Shown piece by piece: positions 17,827 to 26,652 of a stretch of DNA of 64,000 nt (its first letter is position 1; each line of letters begins with the position of its first letter). Where the stretch lies: the NCBI GenBank assembly GCA_903928895.1, contig CAIYSR010000001.1, forward strand, positions 1-64,000, given 5' to 3'. The DNA comes from an uncultured Rhodospirillales bacterium. Lineage in GTDB: Bacteria; Pseudomonadota; Alphaproteobacteria; Acetobacterales; Acetobacteraceae. A model generated the notes under the pieces. The model saw only the letters and a program-made list of their open reading frames with translations, made no database searches and was not told the DNA's origin. Position numbers and translations under genes: made by a program.

Positions 17827-20800
17827 TCAGAGATAGGGCAGGCGGCCGGTCGCGATGGCTTCGCCGATGCGGCTGAAGTGGCCGGACAGGCCGACCGCGT
17901 CGTAGAGCGTGCCGGCCACGTGCAGATGGTGGGCGGCGTCGGGCGCCCCCACCGCGGCCAGGGCGGCATGCCCGCGCGCGGCTTCCACCACCATGCCGGC
18001 GGCCTGCCCGTCGGCCAGGGCGGCGTGCAGCATCGCTTGGCCCTCCGCCGCGCGCCCGGCGGTCATCGCCAGGACCATGCCGCGCACCCGCCGCGCCGGG
18101 ATGCCGAAGCCATGGAAGCCGTAGCGCGCCGCCAACGCCACGGCTTCCTCGGCGAAGCCACGCGCGAGATCCGGCTCGTGCAGCGCGAGGCCTGCCAGGG
18201 CCATGCCCGAGGCGGCAAAGATCTGGAACATCCAGCGCTGCTCCAGCCCGGCCAGACGATGCGCCGCCGAAAGCGTCTCGCTCGCTGCCGCGGTCTCGCC
18301 GCGCATCAGCAACGTATGGCCCAGCCCGGCCAGGACCGGCGGGCGCAATTGGCTGATCCCGGAGGCTTCCGAGAGCTCGAGGGCGGTATGGAACTCCGCC
18401 GCCGCCGTCTCGGGCTCCCGCCGCTCGGCCATCACGAAGCCGGCGGCGGCGGCGATGAAGATGCGGTCGTACGGACGCGGCGAGGCGATCGCCCAGGGCC
18501 GGGCGGCTTCGATGTCGGCGCTCGCCAGATCGTAGGCGCCGCGCAGCACCCGGGCCATCGCCCGCGTGCCCAGGCTGAGGTTGCGATGGATGGCGAGGTC
18601 CGGCGCCGCGGCGCCGGCGGTGGCGACCGCGTCCACCGTGTCGAGTGTCTCGCTCAACACCCGCTCGGCATCGATCAGCCGCCCGGCGTTGAAATAGGAC
18701 TGCCCGGCAAAGAATGACGCGCTCAGAAGGAGATAGGTGTCATCATGCGCGCGCGCCGCCACCCGCGTCCGTTCGCCGAGCGCGATTGCCTCGTCGAGCC
18801 GGCCGAGGATGTTGAACATGTGCACCCTGGTGGCCAGCAGCTCGGTGATGCGGGTGCGATCGTCGAGCGCTTCGGCCAGGGCCTGCGCCTCATCCAGCAC
18901 TTTGCCGAGCTCGGCATAGCTGCCGCAGATGCGGACGAGCCGGTGCAGTTCACTCAGCACGTCGAGCCGCAGCCGCGCAACCTCTGGGCTCGGATCGGCG
19001 CTCGCTGCTTCCGCGAGCTTGGCCCCCGCGTCACGCGCCTTTTTCAGTGAGGCGAGGGCCGCCTGGAATGCGGAGCGGGCGATGGCTTCGCGCGCGGCGA
19101 TCCTTAGAAAGCCCACCGCCTGCTTCCAGCGCTGCGCCTTCAGCGTGTGGTGGCAGAGTTCGTCGATATCGCGGGCGATCGCCAGCGCGTCGCCGCTGGC
19201 CAGCACGTCCACGATGCGTTCGTGCTGTGCCCGGCGCCGCGCCGCCAGGACCGTGCGATAGGCGACCTCGCGGGTGAGGGCATGTTTGAACGAGACCTGG
19301 GGGTCCGGGTAGCGCCGGCTCTCGTAGAGCAACTGCTCGTCGGCCAGGCGCGCCAGGGCCACCGCCAGCGCTGCATCGTCGAGTCCGCTGAGCGGCGCCA
19401 GCACCCGCAACGGCACGTCGGGGCCGATCACCGCGCAGAGCTGGACCAGCCCGCGCAACCCGGCGGGCAGCCGCCCGAGACGATCCGCGATCAGTTCGTC
19501 CACGCGGTCGGGGATTTCGACCAGGCCTCCCACGGTCTCGCCGTAGGCGTGCGCCACCAGCGGCGCCACCTCTTCGATGAACAGTGGGTTGCCGCCGGCC
19601 TTGTCGAGGATATCGGCGGCCCGGCCCGGCACCTGATTCCGTCCGGGCTCCATCGCGGCGAGCATGGCGGAGGCTTCGTCGTCGCTGAGCGGACCGAGCG
19701 GAACCGTGCGCGTGTTGCCCGGCGGGATGCCGGCGAAGCGGACCCGGGCGCGGCTCGCGCTGACCACGAGCGGCGCCGCCTGCGCCAGCTTTGGCAGAGC
19801 GCTCTCCAGCAATTCGAGCACCGCCGGATCGAACCGGTCGGCGTCTTCGCACACCAGCACCAATCGGCGCCCCTGGGCCTGGGCCGCGAGCAGGGCGGCG
19901 ATGGCGCCGCCGAAATCGATCCGGCCTTTCGGCGGCGTGCCCGTACCGATGCCGAGCAGCCGCTCCAGCAGCGCGGCATCGGCCGCGGCGGGATGGCCGA
20001 CCGCGAACAGCCCGGCGGTCAGCTTGCCCCGCGCCTCCTCCAGCTGATCGGCATCGCGAATGCCGAGCCAGGCGCGCAGCCACGACGTCACCGGCTGGAA
20101 CGGCGCGAAATGGCGCAGGTGATCGCCCGCCCACACCACGACATGGCAATCGCGGGTGCGCGCGCTTTGCAGGAACTCGTGGATCAGGCGGGATTTGCCC
20201 ATGCCGGCCGGCCCGACGATGTGCACTGAGCGCAGCCCGTCCCCGTCGAGTCCGGCTGCCAGCGCCGCCGCTTCGGCCTTGCGTCCGACGAAGGCCGATA
20301 GCCCGCGCGCCGCGCGCACCGCCCAGCGGCTGGCCGAAGGGTCCGCCCCCTCCAGCCGGTGCCGGGCCATCGGCGCCTCGATGCCTTTCACCTGGATGGC
20401 CTGGAGTGGTGCGGTGCGGAGATAATTGCCGGCCAGTGCCAGCACCGAATCGCTCAGGCAGATCATCCCGGCCGCCGCCGACTGCTCGAGCCGCGCCGCG
20501 ATATGGACTGCGATGCCCACGGCGTCATGCACCAGGGCGCCATTGATCCGTACTGGGCGGAACACCACCGGGCCGGAGTGGATGCCGACCCGGAGCTTCA
20601 CCTTGCTGGCTTCGGCCGCCATCGCGTCACGCATCGCGAGCGCGGCGAGGCAGGCGCGTAGGGCATGATCTTCGGCCACGGTCGGCGCCCCGAAAACCAC
20701 CATGATGCCGTCGCCGCGATGGCTCACCGCGCCGTCAAAGCGCTCCGCGGCCTCGATCATCGCGCGCAGCGCGGGGTCGATCAGGTCGGCAGCGTCCTCG

Positions 20801-21030
20801 GCGTCAAGGTCCTGGATGAGGGCGGTGGAGCCCTCGATATCGGCGACCAGCACGGTCACGCGGCGCAGTTCGGGTTCCACCGATGAACGGGGCACGCCGA
20901 CCGGGCCGGACGTCACCGGCCCCCCGCCATGGTTGCCCGTTGGTGTCACCGCCATCGCCGACACACCGCCTTCCTGACCCGCCGGGACGGCACGACGCCG
21001 AACGGGGCGCCGATGCGCTCGCATGCGCAC
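17827..21030 (-). CDS. Class III adenylate/guanylate cyclase domain fused to a STAND/AAA ATPase and TPR repeats.
   Basis: The N-terminal cyclase core has the metal-binding D in VLVADIEGST plus a VGIHSGPVV segment. The P-loop is GPAGMGKSRL. A long TPR-like helical C-terminus follows and no HTH is present. The start could be the internal M at 20955. Confidence 0.8.
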   Translation of the reverse strand: MRMRAHRRPVRRRAVPAGQEGGVSAMAVTPTGNHGGGPVTSGPVGVPRSSVEPELRRVTVLVADIEGSTALIQDLDAEDAADLIDPALRAMIEAAERFDGAVSHRGDGIMVVFGAPTVAEDHALRACLAALAMRDAMAAEASKVKLRVGIHSGPVVFRPVRINGALVHDAVGIAVHIAARLEQSAAAGMICLSDSVLALAGNYLRTAPLQAIQVKGIEAPMARHRLEGADPSASRWAVRAARGLSAFVGRKAEAAALAAGLDGDGLRSVHIVGPAGMGKSRLIHEFLQSARTRDCHVVVWAGDHLRHFAPFQPVTSWLRAWLGIRDADQLEEARGKLTAGLFAVGHPAAADAALLERLLGIGTGTPPKGRIDFGGAIAALLAAQAQGRRLVLVCEDADRFDPAVLELLESALPKLAQAAPLVVSASRARVRFAGIPPGNTRTVPLGPLSDDEASAMLAAMEPGRNQVPGRAADILDKAGGNPLFIEEVAPLVAHAYGETVGGLVEIPDRVDELIADRLGRLPAGLRGLVQLCAVIGPDVPLRVLAPLSGLDDAALAVALARLADEQLLYESRRYPDPQVSFKHALTREVAYRTVLAARRRAQHERIVDVLASGDALAIARDIDELCHHTLKAQRWKQAVGFLRIAAREAIARSAFQAALASLKKARDAGAKLAEAASADPSPEVARLRLDVLSELHRLVRICGSYAELGKVLDEAQALAEALDDRTRITELLATRVHMFNILGRLDEAIALGERTRVAARAHDDTYLLLSASFFAGQSYFNAGRLIDAERVLSETLDTVDAVATAGAAAPDLAIHRNLSLGTRAMARVLRGAYDLASADIEAARPWAIASPRPYDRIFIAAAAGFVMAERREPETAAAEFHTALELSEASGISQLRPPVLAGLGHTLLMRGETAAASETLSAAHRLAGLEQRWMFQIFAASGMALAGLALHEPDLARGFAEEAVALAARYGFHGFGIPARRVRGMVLAMTAGRAAEGQAMLHAALADGQAAGMVVEAARGHAALAAVGAPDAAHHLHVAGTLYDAVGLSGHFSRIGEAIATGRLPYL

Positions 21031-21075
21031 GGGCCACGTTTTCCCGCTCCGTCTCAGTCGGCACTTATCGCGACG

Positions 21076-21429
21076 TTAGTCGATACGTGTCAACACGACG
21101 GTGATCAGGGAGTCCGACGTGCTCACCTGTACCATTTCGGCATGGCCCGAGACGATGGCGAAGTGCAGCGGGATGCGGCTTTCCACCGAGGTTTTGAACG
21201 CCAGCGCCAGCACCGCCTTGTGCAGGGCCGGCACCTGGAGATCCTCGCGATATTGCACCAGCTCCTCGTCCGACGGCAGGTTGAACAGGCCAAGCGTGTG
21301 CACGATGTCGAAGGCGTCGGCTTCGGCGGCGAGATGCGCGACCTTGTCGGCGGTCTCGCCGATGCTGTCGGGGTGGAAGGCGCGATTGATGTCGCGGACG
21401 AGCTGCGGCCGGGTGAAGGGGGTACCCAT
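21076..21429 (-). CDS. Hypothetical protein, 117 aa.
   Basis: ORF with normal amino-acid composition starting at MGTPFTRPQLVRDINRAF. Divergent from czcD. Confidence 0.4.
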   Translation of the reverse strand: MGTPFTRPQLVRDINRAFHPDSIGETADKVAHLAAEADAFDIVHTLGLFNLPSDEELVQYREDLQVPALHKAVLALAFKTSVESRIPLHFAIVSGHAEMVQVSTSDSLITVVLTRID

Positions 21430-21589
21430 CTCGGTTCTCCTGCTGATCGGGAAGCTGGATGCGACAGCGTTTTTGTCGCGTGAGCCTATCATTGCCTCAG
21501 ACGTTCCGGGGAGGCAACCCGGGGCGATTTGCAGTGTGCCGCGCCTTCGGGCATGCAGCACTCTGGGCCAACAGCGAGACGGAGCGGCC

Positions 21590-22570
21590 ATGGCGGGCGC
21601 GCACGACCATCACCATCACGAGCACGCCCAGGGCGATGAGCACGGCCATGACCATGGGCAGCGCCATGATCACGACCGCGAGCATCATCATGCCCCCGCG
21701 AGCTTCGGCGCGGCCTTCGCGATCGGCGCCACCCTCAACATCGCTCTGGTAATGGCCCAGGTGGCGGTTGGCGTCAGCGCCGGCTCGATGGCGCTGGTGG
21801 CTGATGCGGCGCATAATTTCGGCGACGTGCTCGGGCTGCTGTTCGCCTGGCTTGCCGCTATTCTTGGCCGCCGGGCGCCGTCGAGCGGGCGCACCTATGG
21901 CTGGGGCCGGTTTTCGATCCTCGCCGCGCTCGCCAACGCCGTGGTGTTGCTGGTCGGCTCGGGCGCCATCGCGGTCGAGGCGATCCAGCGGTTCTTCGCC
22001 CCCGAGGCGGTGGCGGCCGCCCCGGTGATGGCGGTGGCGGCGGCTGGAATCGTCGTCAACGGGTTTACCGCCTATCTGTTCAGCCGCGGGCATGACGACC
22101 TCAACATCCGTGCCGCCTTCCTGCACATGGCCGCCGATGCCGCGGTCTCGCTCGGGGTGCTGCTCGGTGCGGCGCTGATCGCGGTGACTGGCTGGCACTG
22201 GCTCGATCCGCTGATCAGCCTGGCCATCGTGGCGGTGATCCTGCGCGGTTCGTGGGGGATCCTGCGCGAGGCCGCCCATCTTGCCACCGACGGGGTGCCG
22301 CCGCGGCTCGAAAGTGCTGCCGTGCTGGCATATCTGCGCGCGCTGCCGGGGGTGATCGAGGTTCACGACCTCCATATCTGGGCGCTCTCGACCAACGACG
22401 TCGCGCTCACCGCGCATCTGGTGCGGACGGCGGAGGCCGATGACCAGCACTTGATCCACAGCGCCGGCGAAGGCCTCGCCAGCCGGTTCCGCATCGGTCA
22501 CGCCACGCTTCAGGTCGAGACCGAGGCGCTCGCCGCCGCTTGCCGGCTGCGCCCGGCGGAGGTGATCTGA
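21590..22570 (+). CDS. czcD: Cation diffusion facilitator (Co/Zn/Cd efflux, CzcD-like) with a His-rich N-terminus.
   Basis: His-rich N-terminus MAGAHDHHHHEHAQGDEHGHDHG, six TM helices, CDF signature and a C-terminal cytoplasmic domain. Confidence 0.9.
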   Translation: MAGAHDHHHHEHAQGDEHGHDHGQRHDHDREHHHAPASFGAAFAIGATLNIALVMAQVAVGVSAGSMALVADAAHNFGDVLGLLFAWLAAILGRRAPSSGRTYGWGRFSILAALANAVVLLVGSGAIAVEAIQRFFAPEAVAAAPVMAVAAAGIVVNGFTAYLFSRGHDDLNIRAAFLHMAADAAVSLGVLLGAALIAVTGWHWLDPLISLAIVAVILRGSWGILREAAHLATDGVPPRLESAAVLAYLRALPGVIEVHDLHIWALSTNDVALTAHLVRTAEADDQHLIHSAGEGLASRFRIGHATLQVETEALAAACRLRPAEVI

Positions 22571-22572
22571 TC

Positions 22573-23691
22573 ATGATCGATGATGTCGTCGCCTGGCGCC
22601 GCCATCTCCATGCCTGCCCCGAACTGGGCTTCGGCGAGCATGAGACGGCTGCTTTTGTCGCGGCCCGGCTGCGCGATTTCGGCATCGACGTCACCGAGGG
22701 GATCGGCGGCACCGGGGTGGTGGGGACACTGCGGCGCGGCGGCAACCGGGTGATCGGGTTGCGCGCCGACATGGATGCGCTGACCATCTCCGAGGCCACC
22801 GGGGCGCCGTGGCAGAGCCGCAATCCGGGCCGGATGCATGCCTGCGGCCATGACGGCCACACAGCGGCCCTGCTGGGTGCGGCCCGCACCCTGGCGCAGG
22901 ATGCGGCATTCCGCGGCACAGTCCATTTCATCTTCCAGCCGGCCGAGGAGCATGGCCGAGGCATGCTGGCGATGCTGGGGGACGGATTGCTGGCGCGCTT
23001 TGCGATGGACGAGGCCTACGGCATCCACAACATGCCCGGCATGCCACTCGGCAGTTTCGGCACCCGCCTCGGACCTTTGATGGCAGCGGAGGACAATTTC
23101 GAGATCGTCGTGCATGGGCGCGGCGGCCATGCCGCCCGGCCGCACATGGTGGTGGACCCGATCCTGGCAGGCAGCGCCATCGTGCTGGCGTTGCAGCAGA
23201 TTGTCGCGCGGCGGGTCGATCCGGTCGATCCGGCGGTGGTCAGCGTGACCGAGTTCCTGACCGACGGGACCCGCAACGTGATCCCGACGACAGTGCGGAT
23301 CAAGGGGGACTGCCGGAGCTATCGCCCCGAGATCAGCGCGGCGATCGAAAGCGAACTGCGCCGCATCGCCGAGGGCACGGCAGTGGCCCACGGGGCGACG
23401 GCCGAGGTGACCTATAGCCGCGAGTTCATCCCGACCATCAACCATGCCGAGCCGACCGGCGCCGCGCTGGCCGCCGCGGCGGGGGTGTTTGATCGGATCG
23501 ACGGGGAATGCCCGCCGCTGATGGGCTCGGAGGATTTCGCCCATTTGCTGGCCCGGGTGCCGGGAAACTTCGCCTTCATCGGCAATGGCGAGAGCGCGGC
23601 GCTGCACAACCCGGCCTACGACTACTGCGACGCGGCGCTGCCGGCGACGGTTGCCTATCTGGTTTCTCTCGCGCGGTCCCGTGCCCGATAG
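22573..23691 (+). CDS. M20-family amidohydrolase (hippurate hydrolase / N-acyl-amino-acid amidohydrolase-like).
   Basis: M20D motifs ACGHDGH and the glutamate dyad QPAEE. The start overlaps the czcD stop (tgatcATG). Confidence 0.85.
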   Translation: MIDDVVAWRRHLHACPELGFGEHETAAFVAARLRDFGIDVTEGIGGTGVVGTLRRGGNRVIGLRADMDALTISEATGAPWQSRNPGRMHACGHDGHTAALLGAARTLAQDAAFRGTVHFIFQPAEEHGRGMLAMLGDGLLARFAMDEAYGIHNMPGMPLGSFGTRLGPLMAAEDNFEIVVHGRGGHAARPHMVVDPILAGSAIVLALQQIVARRVDPVDPAVVSVTEFLTDGTRNVIPTTVRIKGDCRSYRPEISAAIESELRRIAEGTAVAHGATAEVTYSREFIPTINHAEPTGAALAAAAGVFDRIDGECPPLMGSEDFAHLLARVPGNFAFIGNGESAALHNPAYDYCDAALPATVAYLVSLARSRAR

Positions 23692-23735
23692 GCCCCGGGG
23701 GAGGCCTCATCAGGGGTGCTTTCGAGCGATCAACT

Positions 23736-24632
23736 CTATCGCAATGCCTCCGCCAACCGTTCGCTGTTGTAGCGCATCATCGCCACATAGGTTCCGGCCA
23801 CCCCGGCCGGCGGCGACAGCGCGTCGGAGAACAACTGCCCGCCGATCCGCACGCCGGTCTCTCGGGAAACGGTTTGCAGCAGCACGTCACGCCCGACGTT
23901 TTCGAGGAACAGGGCGCGGATGTGGTCGCGCTTGATTTGCCCGATGAGGGCGGCGAGGGCCTTGGCCGATGGCTCGCCGTCGGTGGAGAGGCCGAGCGGG
24001 GCGACGAAGTCGATGCCGTAGGCCGCACCGAAGTAGCCGAGCGCGTCATGGGTGGTGACGGCGCGGCGCTGGGCGCGCGGGATGGCGGCAAAGGTCGCGT
24101 GGATGCTGGCGTCCAGGGTGCCGAGCTCGGTGAGATAGGCATCGGCCTCGGTACGGTAGTCGCTGCCATGGCTCGGATCTGCTGCGGCGAGGGCGTCGGC
24201 GATGACCCCTACGTAGCGTCTGGCGTTGGCGGCGTCGTGCCAGGCGTGCGGGTCGGTGACGCGCTCGGTGCCCTCGATCATGGTCCGCGGCGTGATGTCC
24301 CGGGTGGCGATCACGGCGGGGCGCTTGGTCTTTACCGCGCGGGCGAGCCGCAGTGCGGCGTCGTCGATACCCAGGCCATTGGCGATGAATACATCTGCTG
24401 CGGCGATGGCCTTGGCGTCGGAAGGGCGGGGCTCGAAGCCGTGCAGGTCCTGGTCGGGCGCGACGAGGCTCGTGACCTGTACGCGGGCACCGCCGATCCG
24501 ACCCACGAAATCGGCAAGCACGGAAAAGGTGACGATAATTTTCAGCACGCCGTCGGCTGCTGCGGCGGTGGGAGCGAGGCCGCCGAGGGGCAGTAGGGCG
24601 GCGGCGAGGCTGGCACGGCGGGTGAGGCGCAT
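23736..24632 (-). CDS. znuA: Metal ABC transporter substrate-binding protein, ZnuA/TroA family. It is an orphan: no permease or ATPase genes nearby.
   Basis: Signal peptide and cluster-9 binding-protein fold motifs (His/Asp ligand positions). No znuB or znuC in the window. Confidence 0.75.
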   Translation of the reverse strand: MRLTRRASLAAALLPLGGLAPTAAAADGVLKIIVTFSVLADFVGRIGGARVQVTSLVAPDQDLHGFEPRPSDAKAIAAADVFIANGLGIDDAALRLARAVKTKRPAVIATRDITPRTMIEGTERVTDPHAWHDAANARRYVGVIADALAAADPSHGSDYRTEADAYLTELGTLDASIHATFAAIPRAQRRAVTTHDALGYFGAAYGIDFVAPLGLSTDGEPSAKALAALIGQIKRDHIRALFLENVGRDVLLQTVSRETGVRIGGQLFSDALSPPAGVAGTYVAMMRYNSERLAEALR

Positions 24633-24657
24633 TGGAAGCTCCGGATGATCGGTTGAT

Positions 24658-24678
24658 GGTATATTATAACATAACGTT
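24658..24678. promoter_or_regulatory. Candidate Zur operator (AT-rich quasi-palindrome) in the divergent znuA / MFS promoter region.
   Basis: ggtaTATTATAACATAAcgtt lies 26 bp upstream of the znuA start. The core ATTATAACAT is one mismatch from the self-complementary TGTTATAACA. Confidence 0.35.
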
Positions 24679-24747
24679 CAACGCAATCCGCCTTGCGGCA
24701 CGTGCTGGCGGCGTCTAGTCACCCAGGCGAACGGGACGGACGAGCAG

Positions 24748-26175
24748 GTGCGGCAGGCAGCGGATCACACAAGGCGATGGCTGGCCCTGGCGGTGCTGCT
24801 GACCGGGGCGTTGCTGCCGCCGGTGGATTTCTTCATCGTCAACGTCGCTCTGCCCTCGATGCGTCAGACGCTCGGGATTTCCGCGGCGGACGCGCAGATG
24901 GTGATCTCGGGCTATGCCGCCTCGTATGCGGTGTTTCTGGTGACTGGCGGTCGGCTTGGGGATTTGTTCGGGCGGCGCCGATTTTTCATTTTCGGGGTTG
25001 GCGGTTTCACGCTGGCCTCGCTGGTCTGCGGGCTGGCGGTGGACGGGCGGATGCTGGTGGCCGGGCGCGTGTTGCAGGGCCTCTCGGCGGCGATGCTGGT
25101 GCCGCAGGCGCTGGGGACGATTCGCGGGCTGTTCTCGGGCGCGCAACTCGGGCGGGCATTGGCATTATACGGCATGACGCTGGGGCTTGGCGGGGTCGCC
25201 GGGCAGTTCCTGGGGGGCGCCATCACGGCGGCGGACGCCTTCGGACTGGGCTGGCGGATGGTGTTTCTGGTCAATGTGCCGATCGGCATTCTCGCCGTGG
25301 CTGGTGCCTGGGCGCTGGTCCCGGAGACCAGCGCAGTGGAGCGGCCGCAACTGGATGTTGGGGGTTCCGTCTTGATTTCATTGGCTCTTGCCGCGCTCAT
25401 CGTGCCGTTGTCCGAGGGCCGCGAGCGGGGCTGGCCGTGGTGGTGCGTGGCGTTGCTCGCATCCGCGCCGGGGCTCGTGGGCGTGTTTGTCGCCTGGGAG
25501 AGGCGGCTGGGCAGGCGCGGAGGGATGCCGATCCTCGATCTCGCGCTGCTTCGGATCGGCAGTTTCCGGCGCGGCGCGCTGGTGGCCGGATTCTTTTTCT
25601 GGACCACAGCGTTCTACATGCTGTTCGGCATCTACCAGCAGGAGGGGTTGGGGACGGATGCGCTGCATACCGGGCTGGGCATCATGCCGTATGGCATCGG
25701 GCTGTTCGTTGCGCCGCTGGCAACGGGGGCCTTGCCGGCGCGGATGCAGCGGTATTTGTTCGGCACCGGTTTCGGGCTCGAAATCCTGGGTTACACCGCG
25801 ATCGCCGGGGCGGTGTTCGTGCAGGCTTCACCTGGGCTGGTAATGGGATTGCTGTTCTTCACCGGCTTCAGCCAGGGGGTGGCGATGCCGCGGTTGTTCA
25901 CCATGGCCCTGGGCGAAGTGCCACCTGCGCAGGCCGGGCTGGCGGCCGGGGTGGTGAACATGATGCTGCAGATCGGCGCCGCGATCAGCGCATCGGGCAT
26001 CGCCGGGGTGTTCTTTGCCGTGCTGGACGGCCGCACCGGGCCGGCCGCCTATGGGCGGGCGCTAGGGGTGGCGATGATCGTGATGGTGGTCGGATTCGTG
26101 GTGGCTTTCCTGGCCGGCGTCATTCCGCCCAGGAGGAGCGTCCCTGTATCGCCCAGCGGCCGTCGACGTTGGTGA
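24748..26175 (+). CDS. MFS transporter, 14-TM DHA2/EmrB-like drug:H+ antiporter.
   Basis: 14 predicted TM helices, MFS motif A GRLGDLFGRR, GTG start. Confidence 0.8.
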   Translation: MRQAADHTRRWLALAVLLTGALLPPVDFFIVNVALPSMRQTLGISAADAQMVISGYAASYAVFLVTGGRLGDLFGRRRFFIFGVGGFTLASLVCGLAVDGRMLVAGRVLQGLSAAMLVPQALGTIRGLFSGAQLGRALALYGMTLGLGGVAGQFLGGAITAADAFGLGWRMVFLVNVPIGILAVAGAWALVPETSAVERPQLDVGGSVLISLALAALIVPLSEGRERGWPWWCVALLASAPGLVGVFVAWERRLGRRGGMPILDLALLRIGSFRRGALVAGFFFWTTAFYMLFGIYQQEGLGTDALHTGLGIMPYGIGLFVAPLATGALPARMQRYLFGTGFGLEILGYTAIAGAVFVQASPGLVMGLLFFTGFSQGVAMPRLFTMALGEVPPAQAGLAAGVVNMMLQIGAAISASGIAGVFFAVLDGRTGPAAYGRALGVAMIVMVVGFVVAFLAGVIPPRRSVPVSPSGRRRW

Positions 26176-26503
26176 CGATATAGAGGGATTTGTAGGTGCC
26201 GAGGACGGTGCTGTCCGGTCGGTAGCGGGTGAACTGGACCCGGAAATGGACCTTGTCGGGACCGGCATCGATGACCTCGACATAGTCCCACGCCGAATGC
26301 CCCCAGCCCTTGGACTGGGTCTGGCTGTCCCACACCAGGTTCACGAAGTCGGCCGGAGTGGCCATCACGGTGACCTTGTTGCTGTGGAAGCGGATGTGGG
26401 GAAAGTGGAACCAGGTGGTCCGGATGGCTTGCGCATCCCGCGCATTGAAGGCGGCCATAAAGCCGTCCATGGCGGCGCGGGCGGCGCTGACGGGGTCTGA
26501 CAT
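26120..26503 (-). CDS. SnoaL-like / NTF2-fold hypothetical protein.
   Basis: 127-aa translation with an NTF2-like composition. Its 3' end overlaps the convergent MFS gene by 56 bp. Confidence 0.45.
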   Translation of the reverse strand: MSDPVSAARAAMDGFMAAFNARDAQAIRTTWFHFPHIRFHSNKVTVMATPADFVNLVWDSQTQSKGWGHSAWDYVEVIDAGPDKVHFRVQFTRYRPDSTVLGTYKSLYIVTNVDGRWAIQGRSSWAE

Positions 26504-26652
26504 GGCGGGATTCCGTGTTTGCTATGAGGTAGAATTATGATGTGGCATCATTGTCAGATGCCGTTGGATTGGTCTCCCCTGTCGGTGGGGGAAGGTGTTG
26601 CGTCGCCGGCGGGTTGCGACGATGTTTCGGGGGCACAGTTCGGGTGGGTTCG

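Noticed and set aside
21461-21479. Small hairpin gcgaca-gcgtttt-tgtcgc in the czcD divergent promoter region.
   Set aside because: Short (6-bp stem). It could be a regulator site but there is nothing to distinguish it from chance. Not reported as a feature.
24693-26183. 496-aa alternative frame over the DHA2 MFS gene.
   Set aside because: No TM helices and low-complexity Gly/Arg/Ala composition. The 24748 frame gives a 14-TM MFS.
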